DNA of 64,000 nucleotides from an uncultured Chloroflexia bacterium (GTDB lineage Bacteria; Chloroflexota; Limnocylindria; Limnocylindrales; CSP1-4): NCBI GenBank assembly GCA_963712745.1, contig CAVQJC010000006.1, positions 96,001 to 160,000 of the forward strand, read 5' to 3'. Shown piece by piece: positions 1 to 10,972 of this stretch (position 1 is its first letter; each line of letters starts with the position of its first letter). The notes under the pieces were generated by a model. It saw only the letters and a program-made list of their open reading frames with translations, ran no database searches and was not told where the DNA came from. The position numbers and the translations under genes were made by a program.

Positions 1-1
1 C

Positions 2-505
2 GGACTCGAGACCGATGTAGCCGCCGCCGACCACGACTGCACGCTGCGCCCCGGGCATGGCCTCCGCGATGCGGTCGGTGTCCTCGAGATTGCGCAGCGT
101 GAAGACACCCTCGGCGTCCGTACCCGGGATGGGCGGCTCGATGGGGTCGGCTCCGGGCGCGAGGATGAGCTTGTCGTAGGTCATCTCGTAGCTCTTGCCG
201 GCATCGAGGTCGGCGACCATGACGGTCCGTGCTTCACGGTCGATGCCGGTGACCTCGTGGCGGGTGCGCACATCGATGTCGAAGCGGCGCTTGAAGAGCG
301 AGGGTTTGGCGATGAGCAGCTTGTCGCGATCGGTGATCTCGCCGCCCAGGTAGTAGGGCAGGCCGCAGTTGGCGAAAGACACATACGAATCGCGCTCGAA
401 GATGATGATGCGTGCGTCCTCGTTCATACGACGAGCGCGCGCGGCCGCGGAAGCGCCGCCGGCGACGCCACCGACAACGAGGATGGTGGGTGCGTTTGCA
501 GACAC
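2..505 (-). CDS. CoA-disulfide reductase / NADH oxidase-family FAD-dependent oxidoreductase (5' part; runs off window edge)
   Basis: Manual translation from GTG at 505 (GGAG upstream): ILVVGGVAGGASAAARARR...YVSFANCGLPYY...YDKLILAPGA...VVVGGGYIGLE; FAD and NAD(P)H Rossmann motifs plus the SFANCGLPY active-site Cys motif. Confidence 0.88.
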   Translation of the reverse strand, partial: MSANAPTILVVGGVAGGASAAARARRMNEDARIIIFERDSYVSFANCGLPYYLGGEITDRDKLLIAKPSLFKRRFDIDVRTRHEVTGIDREARTVMVADLDAGKSYEMTYDKLILAPGADPIEPPIPGTDAEGVFTLRNLEDTDRIAEAMPGAQRAVVVGGGYIGLES

Positions 506-763
506 GTTGGGTCTCCAGGTCTGGTCAAGGGCTGAGAGTCGTGGTGCATTCGATACTGAGTCTCAGAACGGGCGCGGGCAGCGTCCGCCTGTCGCGGATA
601 CCACGGGCCATGCGGACCATTGAGCGATCTTTGCCCCGCTCACCACGGGCGAGAGACGGACTGATCGACTGAATCGATCACCCACCAGCGACTTGTCGAT
701 TGGACGGTACGAGCCTGGTGGTCTAGGTTCGGGCTGACACATTGAACGACCAGGGGTAGTCCG

Positions 764-1621
764 GTGCCTGGAGCACGAGATCCCAGCCAGATCGGCGGCG
801 AGGCCGCTGCGGCTTCACTGGCCCAGCAGGTCCTGGCCAGCGGCCATCCGTTCCCGCTCAAGCGTGACGTGGCGCGCGTCTCGGACACTCTCACGGGGAG
901 CCTCTTTCCCCAGCTCGCGGTCGAGCCCGCCGAAGACGAGCACGACCTGACCCGCCGCCTGGCCGAGGCCTGCCGGCAGTTCGGCAGCGTGGCCCAGCCG
1001 CTGGCCGACGAGCCGGCCCACGAGCTGGCCCATGCGCTCCTCGAAGCGCTGCCCGACGTCCACGCCCGGAGCCTCGAGGACGCCCGGGCCATCCTGGCCG
1101 GCGATCCGGCGGCCGAGTCGCTCGACGAGGTCATCGCCGCATATCCCGGGTTCCTGGCCATCGCTACCCACCGGCTGGCGCACGCGGTGCACCTGCTTGG
1201 TGTGCCAGTCGTGCCGCGGTTGATGGCAGAGCTGGCCCACTCACGCTCCGGCGTAGACATCCATCCGGGCGCCACCATCGGCCGCTCGCTGTGCATCGAC
1301 CACGGCACCGGCATCGTCATCGGCGAGACCGCCGTCATCGGCGACGGGGTCAAGCTCTACCAGGGCGTTACGCTGGGTGCGCTCTCGGTCTCCAAGGCTG
1401 CGGCCGGGACCAAGCGCCATCCCACCATCGGCGATCGCGTCGTGATCTACGCCAACGCCACCGTCCTCGGTGGCGATACTACGATCGGGTCGGACAGTAT
1501 CGTGGGTGGCAATGTCTTCCTCACCAGCAGCGTGCCGCCCGACTCGCTCGTCTACCAGACCAGCGGCTACCGCGTCCGCCGTCAGCGTGACGGCTTCGAG
1601 GACGCAGATTTCGTCATCTGA
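764..1621 (+). CDS. cysE: Serine O-acetyltransferase (CysE/EpsC type)
   Basis: [48 protein letters not shown] hexapeptide motifs; directly upstream of cysK. Confidence 0.93.
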   Translation: MPGARDPSQIGGEAAAASLAQQVLASGHPFPLKRDVARVSDTLTGSLFPQLAVEPAEDEHDLTRRLAEACRQFGSVAQPLADEPAHELAHALLEALPDVHARSLEDARAILAGDPAAESLDEVIAAYPGFLAIATHRLAHAVHLLGVPVVPRLMAELAHSRSGVDIHPGATIGRSLCIDHGTGIVIGETAVIGDGVKLYQGVTLGALSVSKAAAGTKRHPTIGDRVVIYANATVLGGDTTIGSDSIVGGNVFLTSSVPPDSLVYQTSGYRVRRQRDGFEDADFVI

Positions 1622-1640
1622 GACCCGGAGGTCCTGCCCC

Positions 1641-2567
<927 letters not shown>

Positions 2568-2586
2568 CGACGGGCCCGAAGATGCG

Positions 2587-3528
2587 CTAGCGGGCGTCGG
2601 CAGCCACCACTGCCGTGGCGATGGCGATGTCCTGCACGGCCACGCCCGTCGAGTCGAAGATCGTGACCTGGTCGGCAGAGGTCCGGCCGCGGCCCTGCCC
2701 CGCCAGCAGGGCGCCCAGCTCCACGACCCGACCAAAGTCGAGTGCGCCGGCGGCCACTGCGCGGGCGATCTCGCCGCGAGTGCGGCACTGGGCCAGGCTG
2801 TCGGCCACGACCACATCGGCCAGGGCGAGCACGTCCGCGGCAAGCTCCTGCTTCTCGGTCGTGTCAGAGCCTATGGCGTTGATGTGCGTACCCGGCCGGA
2901 TGTCAGCTGCCTGCAGCAATGGCTCCGTCGCCGGCGTAGCCGTCACGATGAGCTGCGCCCGTGCGGCGACCTCCGCCGGCGTGGCGGCCTCGGTCACCGC
3001 GAAGCCATACCCGGCCATGGCGGCCCCGTAGTCGTCGACCCGCAGCGGGTCGCGTCCCCAGGCCACCACCTCGCGGGTCTCGAACAGCGGCGCCAGCTGC
3101 TGCACCTGCAGCCGCGCCTGGAGACCCACGCCCAGCACTCCGATGCGCTCGACCTCCGGTGGGGCCAGCGTCTTCGCGCCGATGGCGCCGGCCACAGCCG
3201 TTCTCACGTCGGTGAGGTGGCCCTCGTCGAGCAGCAGCGCCTCGGGCTCGCCAGTGTCGGCACGGAAGACCAGCATCAGGCCGTTACCCGAGGGCAATCC
3301 CAGACCGGGGTTGCCGTAGAAGCCGGAGGCCACCTTGATGACGTAGTAGCGGTCGTCGCGGATAGCCCCGTACTTGATGTGGACCTCGCCCCGCTCCAGC
3401 AACAGCTCGCCTACCGGGGGCACGATGGCGCGTCCTGCCGAGTAGTCACGGAACGCGCCCTCGATGAGCGGCACCAGATCCAGGCCGGCCAGGACCTCCT
3501 CGATGCGTGACCGCTCGATGATCCTCAT
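2587..3528 (-). CDS. Ornithine cyclodeaminase / mu-crystallin family protein
   Basis: IKVASGFYGNP, LTDVRTAVAGA, GVGLQA, HINAIGSD, FDSTGVAVQD. Confidence 0.9.
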   Translation of the reverse strand: MRIIERSRIEEVLAGLDLVPLIEGAFRDYSAGRAIVPPVGELLLERGEVHIKYGAIRDDRYYVIKVASGFYGNPGLGLPSGNGLMLVFRADTGEPEALLLDEGHLTDVRTAVAGAIGAKTLAPPEVERIGVLGVGLQARLQVQQLAPLFETREVVAWGRDPLRVDDYGAAMAGYGFAVTEAATPAEVAARAQLIVTATPATEPLLQAADIRPGTHINAIGSDTTEKQELAADVLALADVVVADSLAQCRTRGEIARAVAAGALDFGRVVELGALLAGQGRGRTSADQVTIFDSTGVAVQDIAIATAVVAADAR

Positions 3529-3540
3529 GGCTCCACCCCC

Positions 3541-4497
3541 CTACCCCTCGATGATCGTCCGCAGCTTCTCAACGCCCACGTTGCCACCACAGAGGATGAC
3601 CGCCGTGGTTCCGTCGGTGGTCGAGGCGTGGGCCCGGGCCGCGGCATAGGCCATGGCCGCCGAGCCCTCGACCAGCAGGTGCTCGATCTCGATGAGGTCG
3701 AGGAACGCCCGGCGGATGTCGTCCTCCTCCACCGTGACGAAATCGTCCAGCACGGACTTCAGGATGTCGAGGGTGATGGCACCAGGCTCCACTCCGCCGG
3801 CGGTGCCGTCGCTGAGCGTGGGGTCAGAGGGCAGCTCCAGGATCCGCCCGGCGCGCAGGGAGTGGTACATGACCGCCGATGCGGCCGGCGAGCAGCCGAT
3901 GACCCTGGTCGAGGGCGAGAGCGATTTGATGATCCCCGCCACGCCCGCGGCCAGCCCTCCCCCACCCACGGCCACGTAGAGCGCGGCCAGATCGGGAGCC
4001 TGCTCGACCAGCTCCAGGCCCAAGGTCCCCTGGCCGCCGATGATGCGCGGATCGTTGTAGGGCGAGATGAAGGTGGCGCCTCGCTCGTCGGCCATCGCCC
4101 GCGCACCCAGTTCGCTCTCCACGCTGTCGCTGCCAAGCACGCGCAGCCGTCCGCCGAGGCGCTCGATGGCCGCCAGCTTAGAGGGGTTGGCACCCTGAGG
4201 CACGACCACGAGCGCCTCGGCCGCCACCAGTCCCGCGGCGTAGGCGACGGCCGCACCGTGATTGCCGGTCGAGGCGGTGACGATGCCGCGAGCCAGCTCG
4301 TCGGCTGAGAGCGAGAGCACCTTGCTCACTGCCCCGCGCGCCTTGAACGAGCCTGTGTGCTGCAGGTTCTCGCACTTGAGCACGACCGGCGAGCCGACCT
4401 CGGCGCTGAGCCCGACGGCGGGCACGAGCGGCGTCGTCAACAGATGGGGGCGAGCACGCTCCTCGGCCGAGCGGACCTCGGCGGCGACATCGATCAC
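3541..4497 (-). CDS. Threonine/serine dehydratase-family PLP enzyme (fold type II)
   Basis: GTG at 4497 overlaps the upstream stop (GTGA); LKCENLQHTGSFKARGA, ASTGNHG, SPYND, VGGGGL, LCGGN. Confidence 0.9.
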   Translation of the reverse strand: MIDVAAEVRSAEERARPHLLTTPLVPAVGLSAEVGSPVVLKCENLQHTGSFKARGAVSKVLSLSADELARGIVTASTGNHGAAVAYAAGLVAAEALVVVPQGANPSKLAAIERLGGRLRVLGSDSVESELGARAMADERGATFISPYNDPRIIGGQGTLGLELVEQAPDLAALYVAVGGGGLAAGVAGIIKSLSPSTRVIGCSPAASAVMYHSLRAGRILELPSDPTLSDGTAGGVEPGAITLDILKSVLDDFVTVEEDDIRRAFLDLIEIEHLLVEGSAAMAYAAARAHASTTDGTTAVILCGGNVGVEKLRTIIEG

Positions 4498-5621
4498 CGG
4501 CGCAGCTCTTGCACCGAAGCGTGGATGCGCGCGAGGCCATCGACCAGCTCCGGCTCGGGCACGGCGAACGAGAGGCGGATGTGCTGGGCCAGCCCGAAGT
4601 GGTCGCCCGGCACGATGAGCACACTGTGCTCGTCGCGCAGCTTCTCCATCCAGGCGATCGAATCGATGGGCAGGTCGTACTTGAGGAAGGTGATGGCCGC
4701 GGCATCGGGAGGGGTGCCGGTGAAGACACCGTTCTGCTCGCCGAGCCACTCACCGAGGAGCCCATAGCCGCCCTTCAGCAGCATGCGCGTGCGCGCCAGG
4801 ATCTGCGGACGGACCCGGGGCGACAGGGCCGTGGCGGTGAGGTGGTTGGAGAGCATGGTGGTGGCGATGGTCGTGTACTCGTGACGGCGCCACATGCTCG
4901 CGACGGCTTCGGTAGGGCCGACCGTCCAGCCCACCCTCAGTCCGGGCAGTCCATAGGCCTTGCTCATCGAGCCCTGGGCAAGCACCTTGTCGTAGCGGCC
5001 GTAGAAGGACGGGGTCTCACCGTCACGCTCCCGCTCCGCCCCGCGGTAGACCTCGTCGGCCAGCAGCCAGGCCCCGCAGCGCTCAGCCGCGGCCACGACC
5101 GCGTCCATCTCGGACTCGCTCATGATCCGGCCGGTCGGATTGTTCGGGTTGACCACGCAGATCATGCGGGTGTCGGAGGTGACCGCTTCGTCGAGCGCAT
5201 TCGCGTCCAGCGCCCAGTCACGGTCGACGTCGAGGTAGACCTCCTTGACGACCGCGCCGTGGTTCCTGGCCACGCCCCAGACCTGCATGTAGTTGGGCAG
5301 CACGATGACGACCTCGTCGCCCGGCTCGAGGAACGTGTCGATGGCCAGGTAGTTGGCCTCAGCTGCGCCGACGGTCACCAGCACGTCATCGGCCGTGGCG
5401 CCCGGGTACAGCGCGGCGATGGCCTCGCGCAGCTCGACGGTGCCGTTGGCCTGGGGGTAGAACATCCCCGTGTCGGCCAGGTCATTGGGCTCACGCCCGT
5501 CCATGGCCAGCAACTCGCCCAGCGTCATGGGATGCACGCCACTCTCGGACAGATTCACGTCCACGCGGTTCTCCCACTCGGACATCATCTGTTCCATCAC
5601 GAAGGGCTGGAAGGCGGGCAT
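4494..5621 (-). CDS. Class I/II PLP-dependent aminotransferase
   Basis: NLSESG, NPNNPTG, LADEVYRG, SMSKAYGLPGLRVGW; GAGGAG RBS. Confidence 0.9.
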   Translation of the reverse strand: MPAFQPFVMEQMMSEWENRVDVNLSESGVHPMTLGELLAMDGREPNDLADTGMFYPQANGTVELREAIAALYPGATADDVLVTVGAAEANYLAIDTFLEPGDEVVIVLPNYMQVWGVARNHGAVVKEVYLDVDRDWALDANALDEAVTSDTRMICVVNPNNPTGRIMSESEMDAVVAAAERCGAWLLADEVYRGAERERDGETPSFYGRYDKVLAQGSMSKAYGLPGLRVGWTVGPTEAVASMWRRHEYTTIATTMLSNHLTATALSPRVRPQILARTRMLLKGGYGLLGEWLGEQNGVFTGTPPDAAAITFLKYDLPIDSIAWMEKLRDEHSVLIVPGDHFGLAQHIRLSFAVPEPELVDGLARIHASVQELRR

Positions 5622-5743
5622 GAGAGGACTCCTCGACAGTGGCGGACGCAGGTCAGTCTAGTGCCGGCCGGCTGCGCGAGGGCGTGGCGGGACACCCACC
5701 ACCGAGGGTCATGTCCGGAGTCACCTGGGCCTAGACTCACCGC

Positions 5744-6745
5744 ATGTCCGTGTACCAGTCCTCGCCGGATATGGCGCCCGACATCGACTTCGAGCCAGGG
5801 TCACTCCACCACCTCGTGGCGGGCAACAGGGGACGCCTGCTCGATCCACGCCGCACGCCCGTGTCGGTCGCCGGGGTCCGACTCGAGGTCGGGTTCTTCG
5901 ACGTGCGCGTCGAGGCCTTCGAGGACGCGGGGGCGTCATGGGAGGTGCCACTGGAGGAGGTATCCCGTTTCCAGTTCGAACGCGGCGGCCGGCAGGCCAC
6001 GTCCGGCCAGGTCGCCGCCATGGAGCAGGCGGTCGCACGGTTGGCGCGCGAGCAGGTCGTGGCGGCCCGCAAAGCCGATCGGGCGCGGACCGAGGCACGC
6101 ATCACGACGCAGCGGAAGGACGCGGACACGTGGCTGGCGGCACGGTCGCAGTTCCTGGCCGCCCGTCGCGGTCTACCGGACCCCGCGACCAGGCGCGGCG
6201 ATGGGGCCCTGGCGGCCGATCTCGAGGCGTACCTGCGGGAGCGTGATTGCTGGGACGTGGAGTCGGCGTTCGCGATGCAGTACGTGAGCAACCCTGGCTC
6301 GGGCGAGATGGTGAAGGGCCACCGGATCGTGCTCGCGGAGCTCGGCCTGGTGTCGTATGCCGGTGCCATCGTGCGTGATCCGTCGACATTCTCGGGGGGC
6401 CTGGCTCGGGCGCGGCGGGCCGATCACATCGTCCGCCGACTGGCGTTCCTGCGCGCGCTCCTGGCCAGGCTCCAGATCGACCAGGTGAGGCTGTGGCGAG
6501 GCCTCTCGGCCGACGCGCCCCTGCGCAGGAACGAGAAGCGCTCATTCGTCTCCACCACCTTCGACGAGGCCGTGGCTCGGAGCCACTTCGACGCCGGGCT
6601 GGACCGGCCCTCGCGGGCACTGGTCTGCCAGACCGTGCCCTGCGACCGGCTGTTCATGACCTATCTGGAGACGGCGGCCATGAACGCGCGGTTCCTCGAG
6701 GCCGAGGCTGTGCTACTCGCCCGTACCGGGGACGGCTGGCCCTGA
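5744..6745 (+). CDS. Hypothetical protein with putative C-terminal R-S-E ADP-ribosyltransferase (DraT-like) domain
   Basis: 333-aa ORF, TAGACT -10 six nt before ATG; LWRG (R252), SFVSTT (S270), EAE (E319/E321) in canonical ART order; function inferred. Confidence 0.6.
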   Translation: MSVYQSSPDMAPDIDFEPGSLHHLVAGNRGRLLDPRRTPVSVAGVRLEVGFFDVRVEAFEDAGASWEVPLEEVSRFQFERGGRQATSGQVAAMEQAVARLAREQVVAARKADRARTEARITTQRKDADTWLAARSQFLAARRGLPDPATRRGDGALAADLEAYLRERDCWDVESAFAMQYVSNPGSGEMVKGHRIVLAELGLVSYAGAIVRDPSTFSGGLARARRADHIVRRLAFLRALLARLQIDQVRLWRGLSADAPLRRNEKRSFVSTTFDEAVARSHFDAGLDRPSRALVCQTVPCDRLFMTYLETAAMNARFLEAEAVLLARTGDGWP

Positions 6746-6762
6746 GGTGATGCGCGCAAACG

Positions 6763-7080
6763 CTAGCGCCTGCGCGCCCTGTCGACGAGCCCCCTGATCG
6801 ACGGTGCCCGCCCGCGCCACACCTCCCAGCACCCGTAGACGGCGCCGAGCATGCCGACCACACCGATGATCCCGATGATCTCGCGACTCATCTGGTCGCC
6901 GATGTCCACGATGCCCAGGGCCAGGACCGCGCCCAGGACGAAGGCTGCGAGGTAGAAGGCGTAGCCCAGCCAGCGTGGCCTGCCCGGAGCCACGAAGAAG
7001 GTCACGCGTGCTGGGCCCGTGGACTTGCCCTCGGCATCGGTGAACTGCGGGCTCTGGAGATGCTCGACGATGCTGCTCAA
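6763..7080 (-). CDS. Small membrane protein (2 predicted TM helices)
   Basis: 105 aa with two hydrophobic stretches; TTG start 1 nt after the ltrA stop. Confidence 0.6.
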   Translation of the reverse strand: MSSIVEHLQSPQFTDAEGKSTGPARVTFFVAPGRPRWLGYAFYLAAFVLGAVLALGIVDIGDQMSREIIGIIGVVGMLGAVYGCWEVWRGRAPSIRGLVDRARRR

Positions 7081-7081
7081 T

Positions 7082-8245
7082 TCACTCGGTGTCCAACTGC
7101 GGGGTCATGATGATCTTGGCCCCCAGAAGGCCCACCACGACAGCGCCGGTCAGGAAGATCGGCTGCGGCGTGAGCGGTGTCAGCAGCACGAGCACGATGG
7201 CCACGGGGCTCAGCAGCAGCCGCAAGCGGGACATGGGTCGGGGCAGGTCATGGAGCACCCAGATGCCGGCCAGGTAGATGGCCACCGGTATGGCCACGGC
7301 AGCACCGGCCACGGCGAAGTCCGCGTGGGCATGGTCGGTGAGGACATCGACGCCCACGGCGATGCCGGCTCCGACCGCAGCCGCCGAGGCCCAGATGAAG
7401 TAATGCCCGTAGCCCCATTCGAAGGCCCGAGCGCGCGTGGTCAGCAGGTCGTCGCTCTTGCGCTCGAAGTAGAGCCACCACATGGCGAACACCAGCAACA
7501 GCGCGCCGACCGCGAGCGAGAGCAGCTCGAGGTCGGAGAAAGCGTCGTCCGCCACCGAGCTGAAGGCTCTGGCCCCCGCAAGCACGGATTCACCGAGCAC
7601 GATGATGGTCAGCAAGCCATAGCGCTCGACGACGTGCTCGGGGTGCCAGGGCGCAGCCTGTCCACGCCGGGCCCAGATGGGCACGGCCAGCTCCACCGCG
7701 AAGAGCACGAAGAAGGCGATGACGAAGAGGTCTTCCGGCAGCACCAGGAAGGCTCCGACCCAAAGGAGCTGAGCGATGGAGATGCCGACCGCCCAGCGCA
7801 AGTTCTGGCTGCGGCGGGGCGGATCCTGGTACGCGGCTCGGAGCCATTGGAGGACGAGAGGGATACGCATGACGATGTAGCCCAACAGGACCAGCGACCA
7901 GTCTCCACCGTCGAAGGCCCGCCCGATGCCGGCGGCCATGATGATGGCACCGGCCATCTGCACGAAGACCGCGATGCGATAAGGCACGTCATCGGTGTCG
8001 TAGCCCGTGGCGAACCAGGTGAAGCTCATCCAGGCCCACCACACGGCAGCGAAGGTCATCACGTAGCCGAGGACCGACTCGGGGATGTGGTCCTCGGCGA
8101 TACCGTGATGCAGCGAGGAGGCGGCCACGGCGATGGCCACCACGATGACCAGGTCGAAGAACAGCTCGAGTGGCGTGGCGGCACGGTTGGCCTCTTCGGG
8201 GTCCCGCCCACGCATGGGAACGATGAAGCGCTTGACCTCGCTCAT
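7082..8245 (-). CDS. ltrA: Low temperature requirement protein A (LtrA) family membrane protein
   Basis: ATPLELFFDLVIVVA, WWAWMSFTWFAT.YDTDD, HVVERYGLLTIIVLGES, WGYGH. Confidence 0.9.
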   Translation of the reverse strand: MSEVKRFIVPMRGRDPEEANRAATPLELFFDLVIVVAIAVAASSLHHGIAEDHIPESVLGYVMTFAAVWWAWMSFTWFATGYDTDDVPYRIAVFVQMAGAIIMAAGIGRAFDGGDWSLVLLGYIVMRIPLVLQWLRAAYQDPPRRSQNLRWAVGISIAQLLWVGAFLVLPEDLFVIAFFVLFAVELAVPIWARRGQAAPWHPEHVVERYGLLTIIVLGESVLAGARAFSSVADDAFSDLELLSLAVGALLLVFAMWWLYFERKSDDLLTTRARAFEWGYGHYFIWASAAAVGAGIAVGVDVLTDHAHADFAVAGAAVAIPVAIYLAGIWVLHDLPRPMSRLRLLLSPVAIVLVLLTPLTPQPIFLTGAVVVGLLGAKIIMTPQLDTE

Positions 8246-8360
8246 GGCCGGGAACGGTAGCAGGACCGCGAGCCGAGGCCATCAGGCGGTTCGACCGAAC
8301 CGAGCGCGAGCAGGGCGCGACGAGGGCGCCGGCCCGCTGCACCCGGCCTAGACTCGCGAT

Positions 8361-9020
8361 GTGACCACAGCTGAGGACCTCGCCACCATCGAGTACGAGA
8401 GTCGGCGCATCATCGCCTTGGGACGTGCCGCGCCCGAGGCTGTCGTACCGCAGTACCCCACATGGACGTTGCGCGACCTGGTCATCCACGTGGCCGCTGT
8501 CCACGGTCGCACGGCCGTCATCTGCCGCACGCTGCCGCAGGACCGCATTCCCACCCCAGCACTGCCCGCTGGGGCCGATCCGTTCGAGTGGGCTGAGGCG
8601 CAGGGCGGGGCCATGCTGGAGGGCCTGCGCACCGCAGATCCGGACCTCACGGTCTGGACCCTGGTGCCCGACAAGCGCCTGTCGTTCTGGGTGCGACGCA
8701 TGGTCATCGAGACCGGCGTCCATCGCTGGGACGCGCAGGGAGCGGCAGACGGCCCCGAACCGCTGCTCGAGAGCGTGGCCACGGGTGGCCTTGATGAGTT
8801 CCCCGACATGTATCTGCCGCGCCTGGGTGAGGTGCCCACCGTCGAGCTGGGCGCGACCGACCTCGGCCGCTCCTGGCGCTTCGGCCCCGGCGCGCCGGCG
8901 TTCCGTGTCGAAGGCACGGCCTCGGACCTCTTCCTGCGGCTTATGTCCCGCCCGGGTGCGCCCCTGCCCGCGGCCTGGGAGCAGGCTGTCGATGCCCTCG
9001 GCTCGCCGGCCGACCCGTAG
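8361..9020 (+). CDS. Maleylpyruvate isomerase-like (MDMPI/DinB superfamily) metal-dependent enzyme
   Basis: PQYPTWTLRDLVIHVAAVH, FWVRRMVIETGVHRWDA, GTASDLFLRL. Confidence 0.85.
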   Translation: MTTAEDLATIEYESRRIIALGRAAPEAVVPQYPTWTLRDLVIHVAAVHGRTAVICRTLPQDRIPTPALPAGADPFEWAEAQGGAMLEGLRTADPDLTVWTLVPDKRLSFWVRRMVIETGVHRWDAQGAADGPEPLLESVATGGLDEFPDMYLPRLGEVPTVELGATDLGRSWRFGPGAPAFRVEGTASDLFLRLMSRPGAPLPAAWEQAVDALGSPADP

Positions 9021-9021
9021 G

Positions 9022-9347
9022 CTGAAGGGCGGCCCCGATGCCGCCAGCTTCTGCGCTAAAAGGGCGCCGCGGTCAACCTCACCCGGGCCATGGCCATCGA
9101 CCATGGCCCGCAGGGCATCCGCGTCAACTGCATCTGTCCGGGCGACACCGATACGCCGATGCTGCGCTCGGAGGCTCGCCAGCTGGGGCTGGACGAGGCG
9201 ACCTTCCTGGAGGAGTCCGCGGACCGGCCGCTGCGCCGGTTGGGCACGGCCGCGGACATCGCTCGCGCTGTCCTCTACTTGGCTTCGGACGAATCGGCCT
9301 GGGTCACCGGCTCCACCCTGGTGGTCGATGGCGGCGGGCTGGCCTGA
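9022..9347 (+). pseudogene. C-terminal remnant of a short-chain dehydrogenase/reductase
   Basis: LKGGPDAASFCA[frameshift]KGAAVNLTRAMAIDHGPQGIRVNCICPGDTDTPM...VTGSTLVVDGG; N-terminal Rossmann half missing, and the YxxxK Tyr reads Phe. Confidence 0.75.
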
Positions 9348-9377
9348 ATGGCCTGCCTGCCGGGGGTCGCTACGCTG

Positions 9378-10875
9378 TCAGCCCTCGGCCGGCACGAACC
9401 AGGTCTTGAGGCGTGCGTACGCGTCGGTGAAGCGTTCGCAGTCGGCCTGGGCACGGGCATGGCCTGCAACGTCGGGCTCGAAGACCGCGTCGATCTGCGA
9501 CAACTCGCGGGCGGCCGACCAGTCGTCGATAAGGCCCACGGCCATGGCACCGACCACGGCAGCACCGAGCGAGTTGGCCTCGTCCACGATGGTGCGCCGG
9601 CGTACGGGCACGCCCCAGGTGTCGGCCATGAGCTGCAGCCACACGTCGCTGCGGGCGCCACCACCGACGGCGTCGACCGCCTCGATCGGTCGGACCGTCT
9701 CGGCCAGCGCTCGAAACGTGCCGTACAGGTTGAACGCCACCCCTTCCAGCACGGCACGGGCCAGTTGCGGCGGCCCGTGATGACGAGCCAGACCGATGAA
9801 CGCGCCCCGCACGTTCGGAATCCCAGATAGGAGCGCGCTCGCCCATGAGGTACGGCAGGAAGAACAGGCCCTCCGTCGCAGCCTCGGCCTCGGCGGCCGC
9901 CGCGACGAGTGCCTCCACCTCGCCGCTCCGTCCCAGCGTGTCGCAAAGCCAGCCAAGGGCGGCGCCGGCGGCCTGCATCGCGCCGAGCGGCACGTAGTAG
10001 CCGGGGATGACATGATCGAACGTGACCAGCCGCAGTCTCGGATCGCGGACCGGCGAGTCGGCGGCCAGCTCGATCCAGGCCGAAGTGCCGATGGGCGCCA
10101 CTGCCACGGCATCCGTGCTCACCAGGCCAACGCCCAGTGCCGACGTGCATCCATCAGCACCGCCGACCACGACCGGCGTGCCCTCACGAAGCCCGGAGAG
10201 GCCGGCCGCGTCCTTCGTGATCCCACCGGCGATCGAAGCCGAGGGCAGGATCTCGGGCAGCAGGTCTCGCTCGATGCCGGCGACAGACAGCATCTCGTCG
10301 GACCACTCTCCGGCGAGTTGGTCGTAGGCGTTGGTGCCTGACGCATCGGAGGGATCGATACAGCGCCTGCCGGTGAGGCGGAGCGTGACGTAGTCCTTGG
10401 CCAGCAGCACGCCGGAGGTCCTGGCCCAGGCATCGGGATGGTGATCGCGCAGCCACATGATCTTGGGCAGGCTGCAGGTGGCATCGATGTGATGGCCCAG
10501 CATGCGGTATCCGCGTTCGTAGCCGACGGCATCAGCCAGCAGCCGCGTCTGCTCCTTGGCCCGCGTGTCGGCCCAGATGACCGCCGGACGCACCGCCTGG
10601 CCGTCGGCATCGATGAGCACCGCGCCCATCATCTGACCGGACATGACCACACAAGCGACCTCTTCCGGCCGAGCGCCACTCTCTGCCAGGAGCGCCCGCG
10701 TCGCTGAACAGAAGGCGGCCCACCAGTCGGCCGGCTCTTGCTCAGCCTTGCCGCCGGGACCGAAGTCAGTGGCGTAGTGAGCCGTGTGCGAGGCCAGCAT
10801 TCGCCCATGTGCGTCGTGCAGCGACGCCTTGTCCCCGCTGGTGCCCAGGTCGTGCGCGACGATGAGCTGCCTCAT
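9378..10875 (-). CDS. xylB: Xylulokinase-like FGGY carbohydrate kinase (one frameshift near 9820)
   Basis: HDLGTSGDKA, SGQMMG, WADTRA, DPSDASGT, FLPYLMGERAPIWD then continues in the 9378..10112 frame: VRGAFIGL, RAVLEGVAF, GGGARS. Confidence 0.82.
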
Positions 10876-10972
10876 CGCGCCGGGTCATCGCCGCCTGGAT
10901 CGGCCTGCGCATCTGCCATTCCGGCACTGTAGCGCGGCTGCCCGAGGGCCATGATGCGCGATACTCGGTGAC

